Translations under genes and position numbers: made by a program
Origin: the human T2T-CHM13v2.0 reference genome, Homo sapiens
DNA: 64,000 nucleotides
Reading direction: 5' to 3' (one strand)
Assembly (NCBI RefSeq): GCF_009914755.1
Contig: NC_060930.1
Shown: piece after piece, positions 14,801-27,139 of the stretch
Layout of the letters: each line of letters opens with the position of its first letter
How positions within the stretch are numbered: position 1 is the first letter of the stretch
The notes under the pieces: generated by a model
Database searches by the model: none
What the model saw: the letters and a program-made list of their open reading frames with translations, nothing else
What the model was told of the DNA's origin: nothing

Positions 14801-15669
14801 CTCTAACCCTCCCACCACCTTCACTCACTTCTTGTATGTTGTCCTGGGCTAAGGGCTGTGGAAATGTTCATGGGGTCTTTGTTCTACCATCTCAAACTAT
14901 GTGCAAATCCTAAGAAACTTGTGAGATAAAGTATTTGGCTAGTGGGAAAAAAAAAATTGATAACGTTTTTAACATTAACTGGAGTGACAGTTTGGTAATT
15001 GGCTCTCTGAGAAAGCTTCAGCATATTCTGAAAATTGGCAGGTAGCTCCAGAGTGAGCTAATTAGTTAGGAATGACTTTTAATACTCACTACCTTTAATA
15101 GCCTACCCTTGGAGAAAAGACAGATAATGAACACTGGGAAATCTATGGTGCTGCAACTTGACCTTTGTGCCATTTGGGGGAAATGAGGAAGATGAGTCAT
15201 AATTTATTATTTAAAGTCCTCCTTTTATAATGTGTTGTTGTGAAAGATTTGACAAATAATGATTGCTCCTTTAGGGACTAATTTAATCAAAGAAGCAGAA
15301 AACAGGAAGAATAGAAAACTTGTGTGACTAAGCAATGTTTAATTTTATTTGAAACTGGCTCCACCACCCTGGTGATAGGAACAGAAGGTCCTATGGAGTC
15401 TTCCCATAGCAAGAAACCAGGCTTGTAACAGGGTGTAATAGAGTGACACCCCACACCTGATGCCCTGTAAATGCAGAGTCTGCAAATGCCTCTCTTTTGA
15501 TGCTTTCTCAAGGTAAGTCATAAATGAAGTCTTACTGCTTTAAAAAAGTAGCTTGCCAACAGTTGCCCAGGCTCCCCATGGGACTGCGCTTCACTGAGCA
15601 CCTGAAGAAAGTATTCACTGGAAATGGGCTCTCCTGGGAGACTGTCTGGATCCCGAGTGTCTGGCGTTC

Positions 15670-16066
15670 ATGTTCCCACACCTGGCTGCTGCTTCTTGCC
15701 CTTCCTTGGCTGCAGGTGTGAGTGCTTGTTTGTTTAAACCTCGCTCAGCACTGCTTGGAAAAACAAAACAACATGGTTACTTGTCTGGGCATTGAATGTT
15801 CTTCCTGAATTTTGGTCCTGCCCATTGGCCCAGAGGCGGAATGGGTGGGGCAAGTTTCGGTGTGAGTTTGGGAAGTTTCGAGAAGACGCTATGGGCTGGG
15901 TCTGTTAGGTTGGGGTTGCTCTTGGTTTTAATCCTTTTGGAATGTCTTGAGGGTCAGGAGCGTTGCCATTGATGGCTATGGGAGTTGTCAGGCTGTGGCT
16001 CTCTTTCTCACAGAGAATGCCAGAGGCACTCGGGAAGGCATTTGCCAGGGCTCTGACAGATGTAAA
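15670..16066 (+). promoter_or_regulatory. Candidate promoter/enhancer and first exon of a downstream transcript
   Basis: Non-repetitive, locally CpG-retaining segment. Motifs: AGGTGTGA (15714), TGTTTGTTTAAA (15727), ATTGG (15824), GGAATG (15838, 15939), GGGTGGGG (15843), and a strong donor AAA|GTAAGC at 16067. Confidence 0.4.
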
Positions 16067-16674
16067 GTAAGCCTTATCCATGTTGTGTTCTCACCTGGAC
16101 ACCTGGAAGGTGCTCAGTATAGAAAAGTCACGAGCTAGATGAGATACCAGCTTGATGTCGACTCCCTCCCCAACAATGGCTGCCTGTCTTCGTCTTGATG
16201 CCTGCCAGCAGGTAAAGGGGGTGTGCCCCTGGGACCTGGGTAGCAGCAGTCCTTGGGAAACCCAGGGTTTGTCACCTGTGGTCACTTGACCCTTGGTAAA
16301 TTACCTAACCTTTTCATTCCACATCTCAAGGACAGCAAATCCATGTAGCAGTTAGGTTGTTAGAAGAAATGATGTTGACAACCAAATGTGAAGCTCTGAT
16401 ATGGTTCTTTTCCGGTATCATAGCTACTTGCTCTTTAAAGAACTGGTACAATGTTGGGGGCAGAAAAACCACATCATGCAGTGATGTTGCTCAGTCAGGC
16501 ATACAGGTAGAGAAGAGCTGTCTCTATCCTTAGCTCCTTAGGTTTGTCCAGGGCTGCTCAGTGTGGCTGACCCTGTCTTGCTCACTGTCATGTAACCTGG
16601 AACCTACAACATCACTGCATGATGTGTAGACCTGGAACCTACTGTAGTATCTTTTTCTTGAAGGCTGTATTGTG

Positions 16675-16861
16675 CAGTAGTTTCCAAACTTGAGCATGCA
16701 TCAGAACCCCCTGGTGGCAGTGTTAAAGCAGATTGCTGGACCCCACTCTCAGAGTCTGATTCCATAGGTCTGGGGTGGGGCCTAAGAATTTGCACCTCTA
16801 ACATGTTCTGAGGTGCTGCTGCTGCTACTGGTTCAGGGAACATACTTAGAGAACCACACTG
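16675..16861. mobile_element. MER5A (hAT-Charlie)
   Basis: 'cagtagtttccaaacttgagcatgcatcagaa...taggtctggggtggggcctaagaatttgca...tagagaaccac'. Confidence 0.8.
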
Positions 16862-16864
16862 CTC

Positions 16865-17062
16865 TAGTGTGCTGGAAGGAGCAGGAGCTTTGGAGTTAAG
16901 CAGATTTAAATCCAGCTATGGCACTTACTTAATGTTGTGACCTTGAGAGGTTTTTCTTAATTTCCCCAAGTCTTAGTGAACTCGTCTGTAAAATGGGAAT
17001 AATACTTACTTCAAGACTTTCTAGAGAATTAGATGACAGAGCACATAGAAGGTTTTCAGCAA
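16865..17062 (+). mobile_element. MIR
   Basis: 'gctttggagttaagcaga...tgtgaccttg...gtctgtaaaatgggaataata'. Confidence 0.75.
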
Positions 17063-17929
17063 TTACCACTCTTTTTGCTATCCTGAAACGCATCATATTT
17101 GCTCCATATGGGGAGGCATAAGAGCATCTGGTCTTAGCCATGTGTTGACCTTTAGGCTCTTCTTGCCAATCTATACAAGCTAATAGGAGTAGAGGAAGTG
17201 CTAACGGAAGTAGAAAGCATGTTTGCCTCTGGGTGAGTGCCTAAGGGGAAGACTGAAAATGTGGATGGCCAGATGTGGCTAGAATATATTAACACTTCCT
17301 GACTTGCCTGGTGGCGTATCAGCCCACACACCATGGACTCTCAGTGAGCAGGAACCAGATCTGTGCCTGACATTCAGGTCACAAATCTTCCAACCCACAA
17401 TCTGTCCTTATACCTGGGCTTTTGGAAGAAATCTTCCAATCTTGGTATTTCAGATTGGGAAACACCGAAGCTCAGGATCTCCAACCTCATCTGTATTCTT
17501 CATGTAGCATGACAATCATTTTAGTGTCCTTAGGAAACAAGTTGCCTTATTCAACTGTTCCAAGGTTTAATGACTCTCTCCAAATGCATTATCCCGTTGT
17601 CATACTAAGGATGATCCTGAAAATAGGTAACTGGTATGGAAATATATGGTAATATGTAGACCAATACACACATTTTAGAAACTGTCCCTTTTTTGTCATA
17701 TAAAGCAATATTATGTGTATCATAAAACTACTTCTCTAGAGATCTGAGTAGTAGTTCTAATCATTTATCATATTGCATAATTATGCATATCATATATGCA
17801 AAATTTTTGCATCTTTAGGGCTTATTTAATGTAGGTGGCTGCTATCTAAATGATGCCCTTCCCTGGGCCACCATTTGCTTTGGGAACATCAGACTTTTTT
17901 GATAGCATTCCTATTAAAATACTCAAGTC

Positions 17930-18088
17930 CAGGGGCTCTTAAACTATAACCCATTGCCTGTTTTTATAAATAAAGTTTTCTTGGAACATGACTATGTCCC
18001 TTTTTAAATGTGCAGAGACCAAATGGCACTCAAAGCCAAAAATATTGATTATTTGACCCTTTATAGACAGTTTGCAGGGGTTTCTGCC
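17930..18088. mobile_element. MER58A-like hAT element (internally deleted)
   Basis: 'tgcctgtttttataaataaagtttt' and 'aaagccaaaaatatt...tgaccctttatag'. Confidence 0.65.
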
Positions 18089-18559
18089 TCTAGTCAATAG
18101 GTGCAACCTGCTATCTTTTGCCACCAGACGGCGTTGGATGTGTCGCCTGGTTATCACAGCCAGACACCAGTCTGGACACCCTGGCTTTCCAAATGGGCAG
18201 AACTCAGAGAGCCTGTTCCTTGTTCCCTACCAACAGCATGACCTGCCCTGCCACTTGCTCTGCCAACTCTGGGATGCTTTGCAACAAATGCCTGGGGTCA
18301 CCCCCTTCTCAGGCTGCTCAGGAGCTATAGCACACCCTCAACACTCTCTTGAGTCCCAATGCTATTATGTTTGGGGACCCTACTGTTATCTTACATTTCT
18401 ATTCAATTTTCTTGAAGGATGGGCTGTATGCCTGGCTAAGCAACATCACTGCATGATGTGTAGACTCCATGACTGAAACCAGCATCCTATAGGAAGAGAT
18501 GCAATATTTTAAAAATGGCCAAGGCAGCACATTTAGATACTGAATGTCAGCCTTATTTT

Positions 18560-19360
18560 ATGGAGGAAATAAAGGCTTTCAGGAGCGAATTGCCAGTTTT
18601 TATTCCCTGCTACCCTCACCCACAGAATGCCTTTGCTGGACTCTGTCCTCTCCCAGACCTCACTTCCTCATCACAGCTAGCTCTTCCAGCCACTCTCTGA
18701 TCCTTTTTCTCTTAGAGTTTGCTCCATTGATGATCCATTTTATCCCATATCTCAGCAGCTTCTATAAACATGTTTAGATACCACTCTAAATGAGCAAAAA
18801 ACCTTGATCACCTAGGTCAAAAACCTAGAGCCACTGCACCCAGCCCTGATAGGCATTGTTTCTAAATCCTTGTGGCTACTTTTACTCAACTTTAATTGTC
18901 TCAAGTGTTTTCATTACAATTTTTGAATTAGGAATAGAAAATTGAATTGGCAAATAGGAAAATTGTTTTTTGATTACTACGTGAAGACTTACTCTAAAGA
19001 CCAATTTACTTTTTGCTTTACTTTTAACTTTTGAGTCCCTGAGAAATAGACTCTTAAGTCCCCTCCATCATAGTCTTCCTTACTCTTCTCTGCCAAGGTT
19101 CTTAAAACAGGTCTATTCTTGTTCTCCCTGCTTCTAAGTTTCCATGCACTACCGTGAGAAGTCTGGCTCCCATACACAGCATGGTGGAACTGCTCTAGCC
19201 AGGTCAGCAGACCTCTGTGGGGCCACATCTGATGGACACTGATTCACCTCTTACCTTTCTAGACCTGTCTGCTGCATTTGACTCTGTGGAATGCTCCCTC
19301 TTTCTAGAAATTTCTACCTCAGTGCTTTTCTAACTTTTCTGACTGCAACTCAACTTTCTT
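18560..19360 (+). mobile_element. Degenerate L2 fragment interrupted by a local duplication
   Basis: L2 ORF2-like 'gaactgctctagccaggtca...gacctgtctgctgcatttgac' at 19190-19290. L2-like sequence also lies 5' of 18825. Confidence 0.5.
18825..19054 (+). repeat. ~230-bp diverged local duplicate of 20486-20697
   Basis: Colinear match from 'ctagagccactgca' through 'ctgataggcattgtttct', 'actttaattgtctca' and 'accaatttactttttgctttact' to 'aaatagactct'. Confidence 0.9.
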
Positions 19361-20277
19361 GAAGGAACCTGTCACGTAGTAACCCAGTAAACACATACAT
19401 GTACATAGCTGAAACTAAAGTTTCCCAACATAGTGCTTTTTCCTTAACTGTATATAAGGAACTCTGATATTTCCAATTTCATTATTTTTAGTGCTAATCA
19501 AAACCAAATAAATTAATTTCACAACTCATTAACAGGTCATGTCTTGCAGCTTGAACCCTTATGCTTTTGACACACCTTCCTCTGTAATGAGTAAGGAAGT
19601 TTCTAGGAAGTTTCTTACCAGTTGATTAGCATCAAATTTATAGTTTAACCTGTAAGAAGCTGTGTTGGAGGAAACCCATTAGCTTGGATGAGAGTGGGAG
19701 GAAGGTAAAGAAAAATTAGATGTAATAGGTGTTTGTGGTTGTTGATGGGGTGAAAAAGGGCAATGACAAGAGGAAGACTGGGTTTGTAAATAGGACATGT
19801 AGGGAGGTAAAGAGGATGATTACAAAAGCAGGGGAAAGAAATTTGCCTATTTGACAGGCCTATTGTGAAAATTAACTTTCAAAGTGGAAATATTATTTGG
19901 TAGTGTCTATTGTACTTTTGGAAGAAAGATTATATTATTATGAAATAAGAATCACATATGCTTTTTCTCTGCCCAATTAAAGATTGATGGAAAAACTTCA
20001 CCCAAACTGGAGCATTTTCAGTAGAGATCTCCATTTTCTTTGCCACTTGACAATGTATTCAGACTAGATTTCTCCACTGCACTTATGCATCACATCTAGT
20101 TAATCACTGGAGACCTCTGCGTGCTTCTTAGGCTGACAGAATTTCAAGCAGAACAGAATCAACCTAAGAAACTGGATTTTCCAGTACTACGGCTGAGATA
20201 AACTTGCCTGTTAACTTCTTAGACTCGGCACAGATCCGTCTTCTGAGGATTGAACACATGTAAGGCATTGTTTCCTC

Positions 20278-20506
20278 TTTTTTTTTTTTTTTTTTTGAGA
20301 CGGGGTCTCTGTCACCCAGATTGTAGTGCAATGCTGCGATCATAGTTCACTGCAGTGAACTTGCCCAGCTAATTAAAAAAAAAAAAATTAGAGATGGAGT
20401 CTTACTATGTTGCCCAGTCTGGTCTTGAACTCCAGGCCTGAAGTGATCCTTCTGTTTCAGTCTCCTGAGTTGCTGGAGTTGTAGGCTAGAGCCACTGCAT
20501 CTGGCC
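20278..20506 (-). mobile_element. AluJ (internally deleted)
   Basis: Reverse Alu with part of the right arm missing; flanked by AGGCATTGTTTC repeats at ~20263 and ~20512. Confidence 0.85.
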
Positions 20507-20668
20507 CTGATAGGCATTGTTTCTGAATCCTTGCGGCTACTTATTACCTGACTTTAATTGTCTCAGGTATTTTCTTTATAATCTTCTAATGAAAAATGGA
20601 AATTGCTTTTTGATCACTACCTGAAGACTTATTCTAAAAACCAATTTACTTTTTGCTTTACTGTTTTT

Positions 20669-21078
20669 GTAACTTGAGTCCCTGGGAAATAGACTCTGAG
20701 ATGCCCATTTGGATGCAGGAGGTTTACTGAGGACTGCACTCGACAACACTGGTAAGGAGTGAGGAAAGCAAAACTGGGCAGTGGGAAAAGTGGAACTGCA
20801 ATGCAATTTCAACTGAGGCTTTGAATGGTCAATAGGAGCTGGGGATCCCGGCTGAGGCAAGAAAGCAGGCCTTTGTACCCCACAACCAGTAATTAGATGT
20901 AGGCCGCCACTGGAAAGGAGGTGCAAACTTGGGCAAGGCAGTTTCCTTTGGTAGAGGGCAGTTCCTGTGGAGGGATTCATGGGTGAGCAATGAGCAGCCA
21001 ACTCACTCAACAGCTGGGGCAATGAGCACCTTAGTTCTGAAAGGGGGATCTCAGCTGCACACTACAATGTGCACTACA
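20669..21078 (-). mobile_element. LTR33-like ERVL solo LTR
   Basis: 'gagtccctgggaaatagactctgagatg...gcaggaggtttact...ggcctttgtaccc...gaagggggatct...cactaca' follows the remembered LTR33 consensus. Confidence 0.65.
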
Positions 21079-21187
21079 GATATGTTAGTCACTCCAGTCA
21101 TCTTCAATCTGGTTATTTCCTGAGCATGTATTACATTTCAAATAATTTTTCTTCTAAGACTTGGTTTTTTAAAAAAACTCACTTTTT

Positions 21188-22075
<888 letters not shown>

Positions 22076-23989
22076 CCTCACTTTCTATTAGTATGTATTG
22101 TTCATGACAAGAGATTAGAAATCATTAATTTATGAAACTAAACCGTCTCCAGATGCCCTGAATTATCCTGTGTGCGGAAGTACATAGTTTATATTTTCCC
22201 CATTTTTCTTGTTACATTGTTTCATTTCTAATCCAGTGAAGGCCTTTGCCTTTGCAGGACCAAACCCTTGATGATACATTTTGTTATTAATAGCGTTAAA
22301 ATCACAGGGCTGGAAAAGTAGGATTATTTTACTTTTTTCAGAGAATATTTTTAGAAATTAATCTTACAAGATGGCATACAGTTGACTGACCCCATATTTC
22401 CTTAATTTCCTACATTCTCTGCTTTCCCATCATCATTGAATTAAAAAATATATAGTGTGTGCATTCAACATTTTGCTTGAGATATGCCAGGAGAATGGAG
22501 AAATAATCCTTTTCATCCTGCTGAAAAGTCCTGAAATCAAGACCTCCTTGATTTTTATCAAATATATGTAGTTACAGTGTATGTCAAATAATGTCATATG
22601 AAATTAAGTTTTGCTTTATGTACTAAAAAGGAAATAATTCTAATCACCCCTTTGCTTTCTCCCCATCAAAAAAGCTAGCTAGTTGATTGAATACATTCAT
22701 GCTATTTTCATTTCATGGTGAAAGTTATCTTGTAAACAGAAATAGCTGCTCTCCTAAGCACGATCATGTGAACCACAGTGTTGGTCACAAGCATCAGTTC
22801 TTCTGCAGGGAATTCTGCTGACCACTGTCCCTATTAACCAGATTAAAATCTTTTTTATATCCTATAACAATACATTATACAAACAGTGACTGCATTTTGG
22901 TGCTTATGCTAGAAAACATTTCCTCAAATCAAAATTTGAAGTGAAAGCTGAGATAAGATGTTGTGAAGAAGGCTATTAGTGACCATTATAATCGAAGAGA
23001 AAATTCTCTGCAAAATATTAGAGCTAATACTTAGAAAATAAAAGGCAGCAATAAAACAGGGACACTCTAAATTAACGAAAAATTTATATAGCCAGAGAAG
23101 ATTGTAACCACATTGTGATATCAACCCCATCCTAATGATGCTCCAAGTTCACAATGTTTATATATTGTGCTCTGGGAAAGCATTTCCCCGAATTTAAATT
23201 TGTTTCTATTTGAAAAATTAAACTTGTCTTATATGAGCTTTGAAGCATATGAATTTTTATTTTAAGATCTCACTTTTTTGTTTTGATGCTTTAAGTTTTT
23301 GTTGTTTTGTTTTTAATGTTTTACTGTGTTAATTCCATGATGTATGAATCATTTTAGGTCATTTCTAAGAGAAGAAGCATTAGTAGATCAAGAAAGGGCT
23401 ATAGAACCAAGGAAGAAGGATGGGGAGAACAGGAGGAGAAGTGAAGGAAAGGACAGAGAAACTTGGAGAATAATAAAGAGCAGAAGACATCCTGGAGACC
23501 AAGACGATAAATGGTGTTAAAAAAAGAGAAACTGTCTACCAGATGAGGCAGTCTGGCTGGTGGAAAGAGTTCTGACCTCAGTTCAAATTGGGGCTTAGTT
23601 TCTCATTATGCAGCAGACGTTTGTCAGCTAACTGATATTTACAGAGTTCCTGTTATGTGCTGGCATTGTGGTGATAATGGTGAGACCTCGAGTGTCCTTG
23701 ACAAGTTACTTGAAAGCTTGGAACTTCTTTTCCACCATGGATATGATAGGTTCTTAGAAGAGTAGGAATGACAAACGTATGTTATATAACACACTTAATT
23801 ATTAATGGCATTTCTAATTTTATTAAGGTTTTCAGTTGACTAACTTTGGCATGCTATTTGTATCTTAAGTTCAGGGATCTCACCTTTCCTCTATCCATTC
23901 CCAATTGATTATCGAATGGTCTTTAACATGTAAAGAAAAACTTTTTTTTTTTTCTTCCAGTGTGTTTAGGGTGTGCATTTCCTGGCCCT

Positions 23990-24290
23990 ACTGCTTCCTT
24001 TTCCTGTTGAATGAACAGATACCTCAAATATAATATGCCCCCTAAAAGTCAAATTTTCTCTACATCCCATGTCCCAAATCTACTACTTCTTTTTTCTGAG
24101 TGTGTTTTCTGTGCAGTTAATAGCACTGCCATACACAGAGTTACCCCAGCCTGAAACCAGGGTCACCACCATCCCTGCCTATCCATCCTACTACCTTTAC
24201 CTCCTCCACTCTCATCCCTGCCTCTACATCTCCATGACCACATCTTGGTTCCTGCCCTCATCACCTCTCAGTCAAGACCATACTCAGATA
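23990..24290 (+). mobile_element. L2 fragment
   Basis: 'catgtcccaaatc...cccagcctgaaacc...ccctcatcacctctc' L2-like pyrimidine-rich body. Confidence 0.45.
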
Positions 24291-24745
24291 TGTGGCCACC
24301 ACAGGCAGATGAGATGTTTGGGGACCCTACTAACTGTTATTTTACATTTATTTTCACTTGTTTTAGATGATGGGGTTGTGTGGGAGAGGAGTGGGGAAGA
24401 AGAGCTGTTGACATGCATCGTTTCTGTAAGATCTGGAGCCATTGCATGCTGCTCCACCTTTCCATACCCCACTTAGCACAACAAAATCCAGCAAAATCCA
24501 AAAACTCAGACCACCCCCATACATACCTAAGAAGGCAGTTCATGGTTCAAGCATGGCCTTCAGGGATCTCACTACACAGCCGCTCTCGAAATGCTTCTTC
24601 CAACTTCACTTAATTCTTTCATTGGGAAGAGCTTAAGTAAATATTTTGTTTTTTCCATCTTATAAAACTTCTAGTGGATGTGTTAACACCTGGAGCAAAC
24701 TACTAACCTGCCCACTAGTATACATTCTCCTTTTTTATTCTTCTG

Positions 24746-24825
24746 CCGTGTTTTTAAAAATCAGAGACACCATTACTGTGAGATGCACCATGTTTTATTT
24801 TACCAGTAAGAAAGAAAACAAAAAA
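24746..24825 (+). mobile_element. MER104-like (Tc2) left half
   Basis: 'ccgtg...gacaccattactgtgagatgcaccat...taccagtaagaaagaaaa'. Confidence 0.55.
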
Positions 24826-25699
24826 CCCAAACAAAGGTGGTACATCAAAGGCTGCACCTCATTGAAGGGGAAACAAGAAGTATGCCTGCCATCCACCAAA
24901 AGAAAAAAAAAGGCAAGAAAATAACATGTCTTACACGGGTGGAGATAGGAAAAAGGAAAATTTCCCTTGAGAACTTAAACCAAGAGCTGTTAGTCATTTA
25001 GATTTGTGGTCTGAATTCATACTAACTGTGGTTTTAAAAAAACCCCAGAGAATTTTTTTGCTAATTTATTTGAGTACTTTTATTATTTACCAATGAATTC
25101 ACTTACCTATCCACAAAGATATTCATTTTAAAATCACCATCAAGAACAAGGTATCTTGAGTTACTATATCGATTTCAATATGCAGGACACTTTTATACAT
25201 CATTCATGGTTGATTGTAAGAAAAAGTACTGGTTAAAAAAATGAGGGTAATTATTTCCATTTCTTAGAGATGTTGAAAGATAAAATTTATACCATTTGAT
25301 TCAGTCTTGATTTTAAGACTGAATTTTAAGACTTGATTTATACCATTTGATTTTAAGTCTTGATTATGAATGCATAGGCCATATAAATAAATTCTCTTGG
25401 CAATTTCACCCCTGTTTTCCAAATCATCATATACAGATAACACAAAACAGAATGTACTACCAAGAACCCTGATCCAATTCTTCTTTCTTTTAACTTTTGA
25501 AAATATTTCAGTTTACTTTCATTTGTTAAAAGTATTTTAGCTAAATATCTAATTCTAGATTTAACACCATGCTCCCTCAATAGAACTTTTTTGACTAACA
25601 ATTATGTCAATTTAGATTTACATTTAATCTACAAGTTATTTTAAATGGTTTCAAATAAAATGTACACACAGATATTAGTTTGGTTACACTTAATCTTTA

Positions 25700-26759
25700 C
25701 CACCTTTATTGAGGTATGATTGACAAAAATTATTTATATTTAAGGTACATAACCTTACTTATATGTTTTGATGTATTTATACACTGTGAAATTATTACCA
25801 CAATGAAGCTAATTAAACTGTTGCCCAAACCACCTGCTGCTCATCAATTACCTCACTGAGTTACTCTTTTTCTTTTGGTGTGGTGGTGACATGATGTGGC
25901 TGTGTCCCCACCCAAATCCCATCTTGAATTGTAACTCCTACAATTCCCACATGTCATGGGAGGAACCCGGTGGTTGGGGGTTGAATTACAGGGGCAGGTC
26001 TTTCCTGGGCTATTCTCATGATAGTGAATGAATCTCACGAGTGAATGGTTTTGAAAATGGGAGTTTCTCTGCACAAGCTCTCTCTTTGTCTGCTGATGTG
26101 ACTTGCTCCTCCTTGCCTTCCGCCATGATTGTGAGGTTTTCCTAGCCAGGTGGAACTGTGAGTTCTCAATTAAACCTCTTTCCTTTGTAAATTGCCCAGT
26201 CTCAGGTATGTCTTTATTAGCAGTGTGAAAATGGACAGGTGGGTTTATTTGAGATCTATTTTATTAACAAAGTGTAAGTATACATGACATAATTCACTAG
26301 AGTCATTATGCTATACATTGAGCCTCCAGTTCTTACATATCTTTTAACAACAGGTTTGTATCATTTGATTAGTAATCCCAATTTCCCCAGCCCATGGGGG
26401 TGTCACCATTCTACTTTCTGTAACTATGAGTTCTATCTACTCTTTTGCAGATTCCACATAAAAGTGAGTTCATGCAATTTTGTATTTCTATGACTACCTT
26501 ATTTTACTTAGTGTAATTTCCTCAAGATTTATCCATGTTTGCAAATGGCAGATTTTTTCTTTTTTAAGGCTGAGTAATATTTCATTAGCTAGAGAGATAG
26601 GTAGATGGATATAGATATACACACCTCACTTTTTAAATTCATTCATCTCTTAATTGACAGCTAGGTTGTTTTCATATCTTGTCTATTGTGAATAATGCTG
26701 TGATGAACATGGGAGTGCAGACATCTCCTCAAGATAGTAATTCTATGTCCTTTAGGTAT
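25700..26759 (-). mobile_element. L1MA/MB 3' region (antisense), interrupted by THE1
   Basis: 'tttattgaggtatgattgacaaaaa', 'agattccacataaaagtgag', 'ctattgtgaataatgctgtgatgaacatgggagtgcaga'. Confidence 0.8.
25887..26237 (+). mobile_element. THE1 (A/B-like) MaLR solo LTR
   Basis: TG...CA ends, THE1 body, and 5-bp TSD GGTGG at 25882-25886 and 26238-26242. Confidence 0.9.
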
Positions 26760-26930
26760 TGCTATGATTTGAATGTTTGTCCCCTTCAAAACTCAGCTGA
26801 AATTTATTTGGTTGCTCTTGTGGCAATGTTAGGAGGGGAGAGCTTTGGGAAGTGACAGGACCGTGAGAGCTCTGTCCTCATGGGCGGGTTGAATGCCATT
26901 ATAAAAGGGCTAGTTTTTCCCCTGTTCCTT
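26760..26930 (+). mobile_element. MST/MLT1A-type MaLR LTR 5' fragment
   Basis: 'tgctatgatttgaatgtttgtcccc...aatgccattataaaaggg'. Confidence 0.65.
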
Positions 26931-27054
26931 TAGTTTTTTTGTCAGGCAGAGAATTTAATTTAAAGTAGTCTCATGTTGGGAATGTGCCTAGATTACTGGA
27001 AGAAACAGATGCAAATCAACTCTGGAAAAACACAACGTCAGTCCGAGCTGAGAG

Positions 27055-27127
27055 TGATTGCAAAATGAATGCTGGTTTCAGAGATGTCAAAATGTGAGTA
27101 TGTATGTCTTAGAGTAGATAGCGGCGG
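27055..27127 (+). mobile_element. MER104-like right half
   Basis: 'tttcagagatgtcaaaatgtga...gtcttagagtagatagcggcgg'. Confidence 0.55.
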
Positions 27128-27139
27128 TGACGTTTCAGC

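Noticed and set aside
16595-16642. Repeat-spacer-repeat arrangement resembling a CRISPR unit
   Set aside because: Only two 13-bp repeats, in primate DNA with no cas genes; better explained as a duplication flanking a templated insert.
18072-18476. 134-aa ORF in unique-looking sequence (also 24069..24476 and 41972..42349)
   Set aside because: Non-ATG or weak starts, overlap with repeat remnants, and no recognisable homology or exon structure.
20576-21022. 148-aa minus-strand ORF
   Set aside because: Lies within the LTR33-like element and has no protein-family signature.
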